Virus record (IMG/VR): IMGVR_UViG_2923302340_000001
Strand: one strand, 5' to 3'
Origin: a virus
Taxonomy: Duplodnaviria > Heunggongvirae > Uroviricota > Caudoviricetes
Length of the DNA: 48,684 nt
Shown: positions 1 through 10,217 of the stretch, piece by piece
Layout: every line of letters starts with the position of its first letter
How positions within the stretch are numbered: the stretch's first letter is position 1
Made by a program: the position numbers and the translations under genes
The notes under the pieces: model-generated
What the model was told of the DNA's origin: nothing
Databases searched by the model: none
What the model saw: only the letters and a program-made list of their open reading frames with translations

Positions 1-1435
1 CACAACAGCGCAGAAAAAAGGGAAGAATCCATTCGAAGCTGCAATGCATTCTGTCATGAAAATGACTAAGAACGGAGATCAGAAGTTACTTGGTGAGCTA
101 TTTGGCGATATGCAGGTTCAGAACTTTGTTCGTCCGATGATTCAAAACTGGAAGGAATACCAGAGAATCAAAGCAACATCTCTTGGAGCTGGAAGTGCTG
201 TTATTGACCGCGATTTTGCCAACATAACGAAAGATAATGCGGAGCGATTGAAACAATTACGTATTCAGGCTAGCAATGCATCATTAAGTTTTGGTCAGGC
301 CTTGCAACCTGCTTTGAATGCCGCGCTTAGTGTTTTGGTTCCGCTGATTACAAAAATTAGTGAATTTGTAGCTAACAACCCCAATTTTGTGTCTCAGATA
401 GTGATGGCGGCAGGTGCGTTTCTAACCATGAAAAGTGTGGTTATAGCGTGTAGGGTAGCTATGCTGGCTTTATCTGTAGCGACAAAGCTAACACCCTTCG
501 GGTGGATTCAGATGGCTATATCTGCGCTGGTTGCCGCAGGAATATTGCTCTATCAGAACTGGGATAAGATCAGAGATTATGCTGTCAGAGTTTGGCCTTC
601 TGTTAAGGAATATACAGTTAAATCGTTTGAGGCTATAAAAAACTTTATCTTAAACTTTGATCTCAATGGATGGATTATATCTATGTTTGGTAAAGCATGG
701 GATTATCTTTCCAACATAAACTGGAGTTCGGCAGGAGTAAGAATTTACAGTACATTAATTAGTGCTTTTAAATGGATGTCTCCGCTTCCGTTCTTAATTA
801 AAGCATTTAAACTTACAACAAATTACCTTTCTGGCATTAACTGGAGCGAAACAGGAAAGAAAATCATAGATACACTGGTGTCTGTTTTTATGCGTTTTTC
901 GCCAGTTGGACTATTTATAAGAGCATTCCAATCTGTAACGGCTTATTTATCTGGAATAAACTGGAGTGAGTCAGGTGCAAAAATAATTGAGACGTTAATC
1001 ACTGGGATAAAATCAAAAGCAAATGCTTTAATTAATGAAGTGAAAGGCGTTTTTTCTTCTGTACGTGAGTATTTACCGTTCTCTGACGCGAAAAAAGGTC
1101 CATTCTCACAGCTAACAAAGTCAGGTGGTGCAATAATGACTACTCTGGCATCAGGTGTTAGCAGGAATAACAGCTTACAGAATGCAATAGCAACCAAGTT
1201 CGGGCAATCAAATTTATCACCTCACGGGATATCTGCCGCCGGGACTTCTGGACCTCGCCAGAACGTTAACGCTGTGACTGGTGGAATAACCTATTCACCT
1301 GTAATCAATCTTCCGGCTGGTTCACCAAAGGAAACTGAGGCGGCAGCTAAAAGAGCATTAGATGCGGGATATTCTGATTTTGAGAAGAAATTGAGTGCTC
1401 ATATGTTCCAACAACGGAGATTAAGTTTTGGATGA
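1..1435 (+). CDS. tail tape-measure protein, C-terminal part (5' partial; continues in frame from 47327..48684 across the window boundary)
   Basis: Frame open from nt 2; hydrophobic segment and repeated ...YLSGINWSE(S/T)G... motifs typical of tape-measure C-termini; lies between tail chaperone and baseplate genes. Confidence 0.75.
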   Translation, partial: TTAQKKGKNPFEAAMHSVMKMTKNGDQKLLGELFGDMQVQNFVRPMIQNWKEYQRIKATSLGAGSAVIDRDFANITKDNAERLKQLRIQASNASLSFGQALQPALNAALSVLVPLITKISEFVANNPNFVSQIVMAAGAFLTMKSVVIACRVAMLALSVATKLTPFGWIQMAISALVAAGILLYQNWDKIRDYAVRVWPSVKEYTVKSFEAIKNFILNFDLNGWIISMFGKAWDYLSNINWSSAGVRIYSTLISAFKWMSPLPFLIKAFKLTTNYLSGINWSETGKKIIDTLVSVFMRFSPVGLFIRAFQSVTAYLSGINWSESGAKIIETLITGIKSKANALINEVKGVFSSVREYLPFSDAKKGPFSQLTKSGGAIMTTLASGVSRNNSLQNAIATKFGQSNLSPHGISAAGTSGPRQNVNAVTGGITYSPVINLPAGSPKETEAAAKRALDAGYSDFEKKLSAHMFQQRRLSFG

Positions 1436-1646
1436 TTATAGAACGGTTCAAGGGGACTCATGGGATAGTATCGCGTTAAAGTTGTATGGTAATGAGTACC
1501 TGTCTTATCTTCTTATTGATGCTAATACTGAGCACCGCTTTACGGTGCTTTTTTCTGCGGGAATTATTCTTAAAGTTCCTGATGCTCCGGTTATGCCAAT
1601 ATCAGTAAACAATTTGCCTCCGTGGAGACGCAATAGTGTTACGTAA
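1428..1646 (+). CDS. small tail protein, LysM-like (P2 gpX-like)
   Basis: 72-aa ORF overlapping tape-measure stop; size and position match gpX of P2-like tails; family by recollection. Confidence 0.45.
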   Translation: MDDYRTVQGDSWDSIALKLYGNEYLSYLLIDANTEHRFTVLFSAGIILKVPDAPVMPISVNNLPPWRRNSVT

Positions 1647-2637
1647 AACGCTTTTTGATGTTGTATATCAGAATGTAAATATTACCGCTCATATGTCACC
1701 TGATGTTTTGTCAATGTCTTATACAGATAATGAAGATGGTCAGGTCGATGATATTTCTATTATATTAAAAAATGATGATGGGAAATGGTCTGGAGACTGG
1801 ACACCTAAAAAGGGTGATTTTATTGATTTGAGCTTTAAGCCTATAAATCAAATCGTCCTTGAGTGTGGGAAATTCCAGGTGGATGGCATAACTTGCTCTG
1901 GACCACCTTCTGTTGTTGAGGTGACTGCTGTTTCTGTTCCTGTTTCATCAGGCATTAGACGTGATTTAAAAAGTAATGCATGGGAAAAAACAACTCTTAA
2001 AGATATAGCGACTTCTATAGCTAAATTAGCTAACCTTGAACTGTTGTTTCTTATTGATGGTGATAGTAATCCATATTATGCGCGTGAAGATCAAATGGAG
2101 GAAAGCGATTTAAAATTTCTCCATCGACTTTGCCAGGATGAAGGGGTGTCGTTAAAGGTCACTGATAGCCAATTAATAATATTTGCTCAAGAGATGTTTG
2201 AGCAAAAAGATCCTATCGCTACGCTTACGTTAGGTATTGATGAGATAATCAGATATAGCTTTAGCACACAATCTACAGATTTGTATAAAAGTTGCACGTG
2301 CAAATATCGCGTACCTAAAAAAAGAAAGTCGCTTTCGTATACTTGGGTAGATCCATCCGTAGAAGAAGGGGCGAATCTTAAGATAAGAAAACTGGTAGCT
2401 AATTTAGATGAAGCAAAACGTAAGGCAAAGGCTGCTTTGCGGCTTAAAAATAGATATCAAAATACCGGATCTTTAGTTTTGGTTGGAGACACCAGATTGG
2501 TAGCTGGTGTAACTATAAATCTGGACGGATTCGGTTCATTTTCTGGAAAATATCTTATATCGAAAGCTGTGCATTCAATTGGGGCTAGTGGTTATACCAC
2601 CTCGATTGATGTCCGAAGAGTAATTAATGGGTATTAA
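1636..2637 (+). CDS. tail protein D-like (P2 gpD / baseplate hub family)
   Basis: 333 aa directly after tape measure and gpX-like gene; C-terminal region resembles gpD-type tail proteins. Confidence 0.6.
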   Translation: MLRKTLFDVVYQNVNITAHMSPDVLSMSYTDNEDGQVDDISIILKNDDGKWSGDWTPKKGDFIDLSFKPINQIVLECGKFQVDGITCSGPPSVVEVTAVSVPVSSGIRRDLKSNAWEKTTLKDIATSIAKLANLELLFLIDGDSNPYYAREDQMEESDLKFLHRLCQDEGVSLKVTDSQLIIFAQEMFEQKDPIATLTLGIDEIIRYSFSTQSTDLYKSCTCKYRVPKKRKSLSYTWVDPSVEEGANLKIRKLVANLDEAKRKAKAALRLKNRYQNTGSLVLVGDTRLVAGVTINLDGFGSFSGKYLISKAVHSIGASGYTTSIDVRRVINGY

Positions 2638-2639
2638 TT

Positions 2640-3260
2640 ATGAATGATTTAGAAACATTATTACGTCAGACTATAAGAGTTGGCGTTGTTTCTGATATTG
2701 ATGATGGTGATGTTACAGCAAGAGTTACTTTCGATGATCAGGATAACGTCACTTCGGCAAAGTTATCAGTTATTGTGAAAAATACAGATAAGAATGCTGA
2801 TTACTGGATGCCAGATATTGGTGAGCAAGTTTTGTGTATCTTTCATCCCGCAGGGCCGCAACAAGGTTTTATTCTTGGTAGTTTTTATGATGAAACACAG
2901 AAGCCGCCATCTAATACTGTTAATAAACGCGTAATTAGATTTAATAACGGAACTCGTATTGAGATAGACAGAGAATCTAATTTACTCCTTGTTGATGCTG
3001 TCGGAGATGTAACCGTGAAGGCTACAGGAACCGTAACTATTGATGCTCCAGAAACCATCATTACCGGAAATGCTACAGTTGAAGGATTACTAACCTTCAA
3101 AGGTGGAATGAAAGGATCTTCTGCTGGAGGTGTTGCAGCTACAATTTCTGGGAATGTTAAGGTTGTTGGTGGTGATATAGATGTTGATGGGATTAAATCT
3201 AAAGGCCACCATCACACAGCTCAGGGGGAATACGCTCCGACAACGGAGGCTCAGGCATGA
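2640..3260 (+). CDS. baseplate assembly protein V-like (central spike)
   Basis: 206 aa with Gly/Val-rich beta-repeat C-terminus; position upstream of gpW/J/I-like genes. Confidence 0.6.
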   Translation: MNDLETLLRQTIRVGVVSDIDDGDVTARVTFDDQDNVTSAKLSVIVKNTDKNADYWMPDIGEQVLCIFHPAGPQQGFILGSFYDETQKPPSNTVNKRVIRFNNGTRIEIDRESNLLLVDAVGDVTVKATGTVTIDAPETIITGNATVEGLLTFKGGMKGSSAGGVAATISGNVKVVGGDIDVDGIKSKGHHHTAQGEYAPTTEAQA

Positions 3261-3724
3261 TTGTGGGTATGCTTGGTACAATGCCTTTTGTTGCCTCATC
3301 AATAGTAGTGAATACGTTCAACAATTTTAAAAGGACGTCAAAGCGTCGTGTAGCGCGCCATGATGTTATTGGGCTTAAACCTGTTCTGGAGGATATAGGT
3401 CCAGATCTGGATGAAGTTAGTTTTAATATGCGGTTGGATACAACACTTGGCATTGTTCCATTGGCTACGCTTTCATTACTTAGGACGATGCAATCAATTC
3501 AGGAAGTAAATCCTGTTGTAATTGGTATTCAGTATTTTGGTAATTTTATAATTACAGATATAGAGGAATCATGGACTTATTTCGGTCCAACTGGGAATCC
3601 GCGAGTGATTATCGTCGGCATTAAATTACAGGAAGTCGGACAGACCTCTCTGAAAGAAGCATTAGTTGATATTGCTGGCAATATAGAGTCAAAAACTAGA
3701 AGTGCGTTAGGTAAATTATTATGA
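3257..3724 (+). CDS. baseplate/tail protein, family not recognised
   Basis: 155-aa ORF with overlapping stop/start on both sides inside the baseplate operon. Confidence 0.3.
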   Translation: MIVGMLGTMPFVASSIVVNTFNNFKRTSKRRVARHDVIGLKPVLEDIGPDLDEVSFNMRLDTTLGIVPLATLSLLRTMQSIQEVNPVVIGIQYFGNFIITDIEESWTYFGPTGNPRVIIVGIKLQEVGQTSLKEALVDIAGNIESKTRSALGKLL

Positions 3725-4041
3725 ATAATACGTTTACCATATTATCACCTTCTTACTCGATTGATTGGTCGCCCAAAACAGTTGTAGAAGAAGTTTTGCA
3801 AAATGTCTCTACTATTATTAACACTCAGATTGGCACTGTACCATATGCCAGAAAATTAGGAGTTAATTCAAGTCTTGTTGATAGCCCCAGTCCAATTTTT
3901 ATTGCTACAGCAACACGAGAAATAATTCAAAAAATTAGTGAGTTTGAGCCTAGAGCGATTATCCATTCTGTTACTTTTGAAAGAACGGACGTTTCTGATG
4001 GTTTTATTAGGCCAAAACTTGTGATAGGAGTTAGAGAATGA
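3721..4041 (+). CDS. baseplate wedge protein (gpW/gp25-like)
   Basis: 106 aa immediately upstream of the J-like gene; size and position typical. Confidence 0.5.
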   Translation: MNNTFTILSPSYSIDWSPKTVVEEVLQNVSTIINTQIGTVPYARKLGVNSSLVDSPSPIFIATATREIIQKISEFEPRAIIHSVTFERTDVSDGFIRPKLVIGVRE

Positions 4042-5162
4042 CGTTGCCGCGTGGTGGTTTGCCAGATATTACTTTCGCAGATTCTAACCCGACTGATATA
4101 ACAACTCGTTCAATCAGGGCTTTTGAGAGTATAACAGGTGAAACATTAGCACCTGCTGATCCACGTAGATTATTCATCTTATCATTGTGTGAGATTATTA
4201 TACAGCAAAGAAAAGCTATCGATTTTTCTGCAAAACAAAACCTTCTTACATATGGTGAAGGTGAATATCTCGACCATATAGGCTATCTGACGGATACGCC
4301 TAGGCTGGAAGCTCAATCTGCCTTGACTACATTTGAGTTTAATCTGTCAACAAAATTATCGGGGATATATACAATACCTGCTGGCACTCAAGTTTCAACT
4401 GGAAATGGTGTTATTTTCCAAACAGATATTTTGTTGGAAATACCTGCTGGGAAAACAGTTGGTACAGTCTCAGGATATGCTGTTATACCTGGTTTATCTG
4501 GGAATGGCTTTTTACCAGGGCAAATAAATGAGTTGGTGACTCCGTTGCCGTATGTTTCCAGCGTAAGGAATGTAACAACATCTAATTCTGGTGCTGATAC
4601 GGAGTCAGATGATAATTATGCTGAAAGAATAAAACTGTCGCCGGAAAAACTGTCTACAGCAGGGCCGGAGGATTCTTATAAATATTGGACAAGAACAGCC
4701 AATCAGAATATAAAAGATGTGAATGTATATACACCATCGCCCGGAATTGTAGAAATCCGTTCTTTGTTAGAGAACGGAGATATACCTTCTGATGAACTAT
4801 TAGAGCAGATAAATAGCGTTCTCTCTGCAACTAATATTCGACCATTCACAGATAAAGTTCTTGTTAAGAAACCAGAGAGCATTGAATACGATATAATAAT
4901 TAAATACTGGATTAACTCATCGGACAAAAACAGAACAACTTTAATTCAAAGTGAGGTTGAGAAAGCTATTGATGAGTATAAACAATGGCAACGTTCGGTT
5001 ATGGGAAGAGATATAAATCCAGATGAAATTATTCAACGTTTAAAAAATGCTGGGGCTAAAAGATTAGAAATATCAAGTCCTGTTTTTACTGTGGTTGGAG
5101 AGACACAGGTCGCCAGAGAGAGAAATATAAATTGCCAGTATGCGGGGTTAGAGGATGGCTGA
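4038..5162 (+). CDS. baseplate protein J-like
   Basis: 374 aa; 4-nt overlaps with neighbours; conserved position before gpI-like and fibre genes. Confidence 0.65.
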   Translation: MTLPRGGLPDITFADSNPTDITTRSIRAFESITGETLAPADPRRLFILSLCEIIIQQRKAIDFSAKQNLLTYGEGEYLDHIGYLTDTPRLEAQSALTTFEFNLSTKLSGIYTIPAGTQVSTGNGVIFQTDILLEIPAGKTVGTVSGYAVIPGLSGNGFLPGQINELVTPLPYVSSVRNVTTSNSGADTESDDNYAERIKLSPEKLSTAGPEDSYKYWTRTANQNIKDVNVYTPSPGIVEIRSLLENGDIPSDELLEQINSVLSATNIRPFTDKVLVKKPESIEYDIIIKYWINSSDKNRTTLIQSEVEKAIDEYKQWQRSVMGRDINPDEIIQRLKNAGAKRLEISSPVFTVVGETQVARERNINCQYAGLEDG

Positions 5163-5736
5163 TATCTTTAATGTTAGCTTGTTGGATGTTTTACCTCCTA
5201 ACTTAGCTAGCGATCCCAACGTGATAGCTATGTCGAAAGCTATCGATGATGAACTACAAGCAATTAACAATTTAATATATAAGACAGAAATATATAGCGT
5301 TGTTGATAACCTGGATTCAGTTGTCCTCGATCATTTAGCTTGGCAATGGAATGCTGATACATGGAGGGATAGTTGGCCTGTATCGTTAAAGCGTTCTGTT
5401 TTCAAATCAATAATACGAACAAAGCGAATAAAGGGTACAAGGGCAGCGGTTGAAGATGTAGTAAATAGCTTGGGGGGAGAGGTAAACATAATAGAATGGT
5501 TTGAAACATCACCACCTGGCGAACCATATACAGCCTCAATTGTTGCTTCGATTAACTCTTTTGATGGTGCCGTTCCTTCGAAAGAGATGTTGGAAGATAC
5601 GTTAAGAAGTATCAAGAGCGCAAAGTCGGCAAGAACATTATTTACATTTTCGCAAGCAGCCAATGTTTCTGGTGGTGTCGGTATTGTTGGTGCTTGTCAG
5701 CCTGTGTCTTATATACGATTAATTGGCGAGTGTTAA
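5155..5736 (+). CDS. tail protein I-like (P2 gpI family)
   Basis: 193 aa; N-terminus ...LLDVLPPNLASDPNVIAMSKAIDDEL... resembles gpI family. Confidence 0.55.
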   Translation: MADIFNVSLLDVLPPNLASDPNVIAMSKAIDDELQAINNLIYKTEIYSVVDNLDSVVLDHLAWQWNADTWRDSWPVSLKRSVFKSIIRTKRIKGTRAAVEDVVNSLGGEVNIIEWFETSPPGEPYTASIVASINSFDGAVPSKEMLEDTLRSIKSAKSARTLFTFSQAANVSGGVGIVGACQPVSYIRLIGEC

Positions 5737-5766
5737 TTCGCAATTTGTTTATTCAAGGAATTAAGC

Positions 5767-7656
5767 GTGAGTAAATTATTATTTACGATGACTGACGCCG
5801 GGCGTCAGGAGTTGGTTAATGCCAACAAAACAGGAACAAATAAAGTTGAGATTGTTTCTGTTGGTTTAGGTGGTAGATATTATGTCACGTCAACCTCACA
5901 AACAAATATAACAAACGAAATAAAACGACTTACCACAATAGGTGGCAAAGTTGTTTCCCCTGATACAATTCATGTAACGGCGAAGGATGATAGTAAAGAT
6001 GAGTATGTTGTCCATACAATAGGATTGTATACAAATAAGGGAACGTTGTTTGCTGTATACTCGCAAGAACAAGCAATAATAAATAAAGCATCATCTACTA
6101 TTGCTTTAATATCAAGTGACATAGCAATCAAGACTCTTGATACTAAAAATATTATATTTGGTGATATTGAGTTTATTAATCCTCCCGCGACCGAAACTGT
6201 TGTTGGGGTTGCAAGATTTGCTAATGAACAAGAAATTGATGCAGGTACAGATGATTCCCTTGCTGTTTCAGCAAAGCGGCTTAAGCAAGCCATTGTGAAA
6301 CATGAGCAATCACGTAATCATCCTGATGCAACTTTAACCTCAAAAGGCTTTGTTCAACTTAGCAGCGCCACCAATAGCACGTCTGAAACGCTTGCTGCGA
6401 CGCCTAAGGCTGTTAAGGCAGCATATGACCTGGCTAACGCTAAATACACCGCACAGGACGCTACCACTGCGCGGAAAGGGATTGTTCAGCTCAGTAGTGC
6501 CACCAATAGCACGTCTGAAAAGCTAGCAGCAACACCAAAGGCTGTTAAGGAAGCGTATGATCTTGCGGCCGGAAAGGCTCCTTCCAATCACACGCATTCG
6601 TGGGATCAGATTACAAATGTGCCTGTAGCTTCACTGACAGTAAGAGGAATCACTCAGCTTAGTAGCGCCACCAATAGCACGTCTGAAAAGCTAGCAGCAA
6701 CACCAAAGGCTGTTAAGGAAGCGTATGATCTTGCGGCCGGAAAGGCTCCTTCCAATCACACGCATTCGTGGGATCAGATTACAAATGTGCCTGTAGCTTC
6801 ACTGACAGTAAGAGGAATCACTCAGCTTAGTAGCGCCACCAACAGCACGTCTGAAACTCTGGCTGCGACACCGAAAGCTGTTAAGGTGGTAATGGATGAA
6901 ACAAAAAAGAAAGCCCCCCTCAACAGTCCGGCTCTGACTGGAACGCCAACAACGCCAACAGCACCAAATGGGACTAATAATACTCAGATCGCAAGCACAG
7001 CTTTCGTTATGGCTGCGATTTCCGCACTTGTAGACTCGTCACCTGACGCACTGAATACGCTGAACGAGCTGGCCGCCGCGCTTGGTAATGATCCAAATTT
7101 TGCAACCACCATGACTAACGCGCTTGCGGGTAAGCAACCGAAGGATGCCACCCTGACGGCGCTGGCAGGACTTGCTACAGCAGCAGATAAACTCCCTTAT
7201 TTTACAGGGGCAGATCGTGCCGCGTTAACCGCACTGACAAGTGTTGGACGTGCCATTCTTAGTAAGCCCAGCACACAGGGGGTTCTTGATTACCTTGGTT
7301 TACGAGAAGCGGCAAAACGGGATGTAGGGACAGGAGCAAATCAGATACCTGATATGAGTTTATTCGCGTCAATTAATACCGTAACGGCTGCTGCGCAAAA
7401 ATTTCCGTCTGGATTAATTTTACAGTGTGGCCAGTTGAATGGTGCCCCGAATGTATCTTCAACATACGGGATGAGGTTCCCGATGACGTTCTCAAGAGTC
7501 ATTGCTGTCGTAGTTACATTGAACGTTACTGGCGCGGCAGGGCAGCCGACTGTATCGGCGACAAATGTCCAGAACACTGGATTTGATATTACAGTGTCGC
7601 CCGGTTCAGGATATGGTTCATCTGCTGATGCGTATTACATTGCAATGGGATATTAA
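5767..7656 (+). CDS. tail fibre protein (constant N-terminal part plus currently expressed C-terminal cassette)
   Basis: GTG start; 629 aa; repeated ...[26 protein letters not shown]... fibre repeats; hix-like crossover site inside the coding region at 7283..7308. Confidence 0.8.
   Translation: MSKLLFTMTDAGRQELVNANKTGTNKVEIVSVGLGGRYYVTSTSQTNITNEIKRLTTIGGKVVSPDTIHVTAKDDSKDEYVVHTIGLYTNKGTLFAVYSQEQAIINKASSTIALISSDIAIKTLDTKNIIFGDIEFINPPATETVVGVARFANEQEIDAGTDDSLAVSAKRLKQAIVKHEQSRNHPDATLTSKGFVQLSSATNSTSETLAATPKAVKAAYDLANAKYTAQDATTARKGIVQLSSATNSTSEKLAATPKAVKEAYDLAAGKAPSNHTHSWDQITNVPVASLTVRGITQLSSATNSTSEKLAATPKAVKEAYDLAAGKAPSNHTHSWDQITNVPVASLTVRGITQLSSATNSTSETLAATPKAVKVVMDETKKKAPLNSPALTGTPTTPTAPNGTNNTQIASTAFVMAAISALVDSSPDALNTLNELAAALGNDPNFATTMTNALAGKQPKDATLTALAGLATAADKLPYFTGADRAALTALTSVGRAILSKPSTQGVLDYLGLREAAKRDVGTGANQIPDMSLFASINTVTAAAQKFPSGLILQCGQLNGAPNVSSTYGMRFPMTFSRVIAVVVTLNVTGAAGQPTVSATNVQNTGFDITVSPGSGYGSSADAYYIAMGY
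6487..6822 (+). repeat. near-perfect tandem duplication (2 x 168 bp) inside tail-fibre gene
   Basis: 6487..6654 and 6655..6822 differ at 2 positions; flanked by diverged copies of the same 56-codon unit. Confidence 0.9.
7283..7308 (+). other. candidate recombinase crossover site (hix/gix-like) inside fibre gene
   Basis: TTCTTGATTACC TT GGTTTACGAGAA: 26 bp with imperfect dyad, close to Hin hixL consensus as recalled. Confidence 0.5.
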
Positions 7657-7660
7657 CGAA

Positions 7661-8080
7661 ATGTCATATTTTTATTCTGCATCGACAAACGGATTTTATT
7701 CGACTGAATTTCACGGCACCAATATTCCTGATGATGCAGTGGAAATCTCGGAATCAGAGTGGAAAACACTGATTAATTCACAGAGTGTCACAAAAATGAT
7801 TACCTGTGGTGAGGACGGTCACCCTGTCATTGTTGACCGTCCTTCTCCAACACCAGAACAATTAGCCTTAATAAATGATGAAAAGAAATCTGCACTGATA
7901 GCAGAAGCAACGAATGTAATAGCGCCGCTTCAGGATGCGGTTGATTTAGGTATGGCAACAAATGATGAAACGAAACTGTTACTGGCATGGAAAAAATATC
8001 GCGTGCTATTGATGCGTATTAATACTTCAACAGCACTCGATATTGAATGGCCTACGCCTCCGGCAGTTCAGGCCAGATGA
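7661..8080 (+). CDS. tail fibre assembly chaperone
   Basis: ATG 5 nt after fibre stop; C-terminus ...[28 protein letters not shown] typical of fibre assembly proteins (track start 7565 overlaps fibre gene). Confidence 0.7.
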   Translation: MSYFYSASTNGFYSTEFHGTNIPDDAVEISESEWKTLINSQSVTKMITCGEDGHPVIVDRPSPTPEQLALINDEKKSALIAEATNVIAPLQDAVDLGMATNDETKLLLAWKKYRVLLMRINTSTALDIEWPTPPAVQAR

Positions 8081-8654
8081 CATCCGGCGCTGTGCTGGTA
8101 TCTGTTGCCGTCACCGCGTCAATGTAATCCAGCACAGCGTTAAGGCGGGTTGTTTCTGCCTGCGTCAGCTTTCGCCCAGCCTGTAATTTCAGTTGAATCA
8201 GACTAATGGAAGCCATTGCAGCATCAATCAGTGACTGGCGCTGTGCTTCTGCCGCTTCTACTGCGGCACCGTGTTGTGCCTCAACATCCGTCACCCATTT
8301 CTCACCATCCCATTTATCGTATGGCGTTAACGGGGCGATAGTGGTTGTATTTTCAGGATAGTCGCCCGGTGCAGTTATTTCTTTGGCGTCACCCGTTTCG
8401 GTGTTATAGACGATTTCACCACGATGGTCTGGCACATATTCCCATGAATTTAAATCCACAGAACGGCAGATTGCATAACCAGCCTTATGTATGCCGGGGG
8501 CATCTAAACAAGAATATGCCGGAATACCAACACCTACCGCAAGATATTCAGTTGATGCGGAAATATATTCCTTTGTCTCACTGTCATAGTTGTAAACGAT
8601 GATGTTTCCTTCCTGTACGGCAATAAGTTCATTATTCAATATCGCGCTATTCAT
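8052..8654 (-). CDS. tail fibre assembly chaperone, alternative cassette
   Basis: 200 aa; C-terminus ...[24 protein letters not shown]; convergent with 7661..8080. Confidence 0.7.
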   Translation of the reverse strand: MNSAILNNELIAVQEGNIIVYNYDSETKEYISASTEYLAVGVGIPAYSCLDAPGIHKAGYAICRSVDLNSWEYVPDHRGEIVYNTETGDAKEITAPGDYPENTTTIAPLTPYDKWDGEKWVTDVEAQHGAAVEAAEAQRQSLIDAAMASISLIQLKLQAGRKLTQAETTRLNAVLDYIDAVTATDTSTAPDVIWPELPEA

Positions 8655-9104
8655 TATGCAGCTCTCACAATATAGTTAAATGCAATATTTCTCGGACGGG
8701 TTTCACGCCCACCAGGAATTTGAAAAGCATTAGCGGTTGTAGATCCGCCTTCCTGATTAATTCCTGTTGTATAAATACCACTCACACCATTTTGCAATGC
8801 AAATACTGTTGCGGTTCCAGGCCCACCACCGGGCCCAAAATACTTAAGTTCGAACTTTTTAATATCATCACTCTGAATATTCAATAAAGCACGTCCTGTA
8901 TCAATGCCGCGTCCATCATCCCAGCCACGAATAAACTCACCGCGTAAATCAGGAAGTTTTCCTGACGGGTATGCTTTGGCAAGAGTTGGATATTTCACCT
9001 TATCAAAGGCAGCACCGTTGCATTTCAGCCAGCCCGTTGGAGGGGTTGCGGAGGGCCACGGAACAGGTACACCAACAGGCAGCGCCGAACCTTCCCCAAA
9101 CCAA
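8654..9104 (-). CDS. promoterless alternative tail-fibre C-terminal cassette B
   Basis: Shares a 232-bp direct repeat (8881..9112 vs 9367..9599) including the crossover-like site with cassette A; no ATG; motif KYPTLAKAYPSGKLPDLRGEFIRGWDDGRGID; ends ...RPRNIAFNYIVRAA. Confidence 0.45.
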
Positions 9105-9116
9105 CGTTTTTATGCA
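9091..9116 (-). other. candidate crossover site (cassette B)
   Basis: Plus strand CTTCCCCAAACC AA CGTTTTTATGCA; minus strand carries the TTGGTTT core in inverted orientation relative to 7283..7308; overlaps stop of cassette A. Confidence 0.4.
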
Positions 9117-9640
9117 GCCCTCACGATAAAGTTAAATGCAATATTTCGTGGACGGGTTTCACTCCCGCCAGTATTACCGATACTCCCTCGTGAATGAAGT
9201 GTCGGTGATGGAATCAGAGTTCCTCCGGCATCGGCAGCATCAAGCCCCCGGCCTTGCGTATATGCTCTTCTGAAGATTGTCGCCAGTTCCCATTCCTCTT
9301 TTGAATCATACCCATCGTTGGCAACAACAATATGGCGGTGTTTTTCCAGCATCCCAGTCTGAATGCTCAATAAAGCACGTCCTGCATCAATACCACGCCC
9401 GTCATCCCAGCCACGAATAAACTCACCGCGTAAATCAGGAAGTTTTCCTGACGGGTATGCTTTGGCAAGAGTTGGATATTTCACCTTATCAAAGGCAGCA
9501 CCGTTGCATTTCAGCCAGCCCGTTGGAGGGGTTGCGGAGGGCCACGGAACAGGTACACCAACAGGCAGCGCCGAACCTTCCCCCAAACCAACGTTTTTAA
9601 CTTCGTGAACTGAGCTATCTAATAGCATTTTCACTAACAT
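9110..9640 (-). CDS. alternative tail-fibre C-terminal cassette A
   Basis: 176-aa ORF; codons downstream of the crossover-like site are in the frame needed for fusion to the fibre constant part (...DYL | GLGEGSALPVGVPVPW...). Confidence 0.5.
   Translation of the reverse strand: MLVKMLLDSSVHEVKNVGLGEGSALPVGVPVPWPSATPPTGWLKCNGAAFDKVKYPTLAKAYPSGKLPDLRGEFIRGWDDGRGIDAGRALLSIQTGMLEKHRHIVVANDGYDSKEEWELATIFRRAYTQGRGLDAADAGGTLIPSPTLHSRGSIGNTGGSETRPRNIAFNFIVRAA
9578..9603 (-). other. candidate crossover site (cassette A)
   Basis: Plus strand TTCCCCCAAACC AA CGTTTTTAACTT; minus strand AAGTTAAAAACG TT GGTTTGGGGGAA; 45 bp from invertase start. Confidence 0.45.
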
Positions 9641-9647
9641 AAACGGG

Positions 9648-10217
9648 ATGCTTTTTATGCAAATTGGCTATATTCGCGTATCAACAAATGACCAGAATAC
9701 AGATTTACAACGTAATGCTCTGAACTGTGCAGGATGTGAGCTGATTTTTGAGGATAAAATCAGTGGAACGAAGTCAGCCAGACCGGGATTGAAAAAACTG
9801 CTCAGAACGTTATCAGAAGGAGACACGCTGGTTGTCTGGAAGCTGGACAGGTTGGGTAGAAGCATGAAACACCTGATCACTCTTATTGAGGAACTACGGG
9901 AAAAAGGTGTTAATTTCCGTAGTCTGACGGACAGCATTGATACATCAACCCCTATGGGGCGTTTCTTTTTTCACGTCATGGGGGCTTTAGCAGAAATGGA
10001 GCGTGAATTAATTGTTGAGAGAACATTGGCTGGACTGGCAGCAGCTCGCGCACAGGGCCGCATTGGTGGGCGCCGCCCGAAGCTGACAAAAGAACAGCAT
10101 GAGCAAATAGCAAGGCTGATTAAAAACGGTCACGAGAGGAAACAACTGGCGATCATTTACGACATTGGTATATCAACGATTTATCGCTATCACCCTGTAG
10201 GAAGTGATTCAGCTTAA
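9648..10217 (+). CDS. DNA invertase, Hin/Gin/Cin/Pin-type serine recombinase
   Basis: N-terminus (M)QIGYIRVSTNDQNTDLQRNAL, ...TLVVWKLDRLGRSMKHL..., ...GRFFFHVMGALAEMERELIVERT..., C-terminal HTH; alternative ATG at 9657. Confidence 0.9.
   Translation: MLFMQIGYIRVSTNDQNTDLQRNALNCAGCELIFEDKISGTKSARPGLKKLLRTLSEGDTLVVWKLDRLGRSMKHLITLIEELREKGVNFRSLTDSIDTSTPMGRFFFHVMGALAEMERELIVERTLAGLAAARAQGRIGGRRPKLTKEQHEQIARLIKNGHERKQLAIIYDIGISTIYRYHPVGSDSA

Larger units (their letters stand above)
7295..9591. other. predicted invertible tail-fibre segment (between crossover centres)
   Basis: Bounded by inverted hix-like sites sharing the core TTGGTTT; contains oppositely oriented fibre C-terminal cassettes and chaperone genes; invertase gene adjacent. 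Confidence 0.45.

Noticed and set aside
5331-6293. Minus-strand ORFs 5331..5663 and 5970..6293
   Set aside because: Antisense to the well-supported gpI-like and tail-fibre genes; no RBS or operon context.
6340-6900. Possible CRISPR-like array (regular repeats)
   Set aside because: Repeats are 168 bp, in frame, inside the tail-fibre gene with no unique spacers; they are protein repeats.
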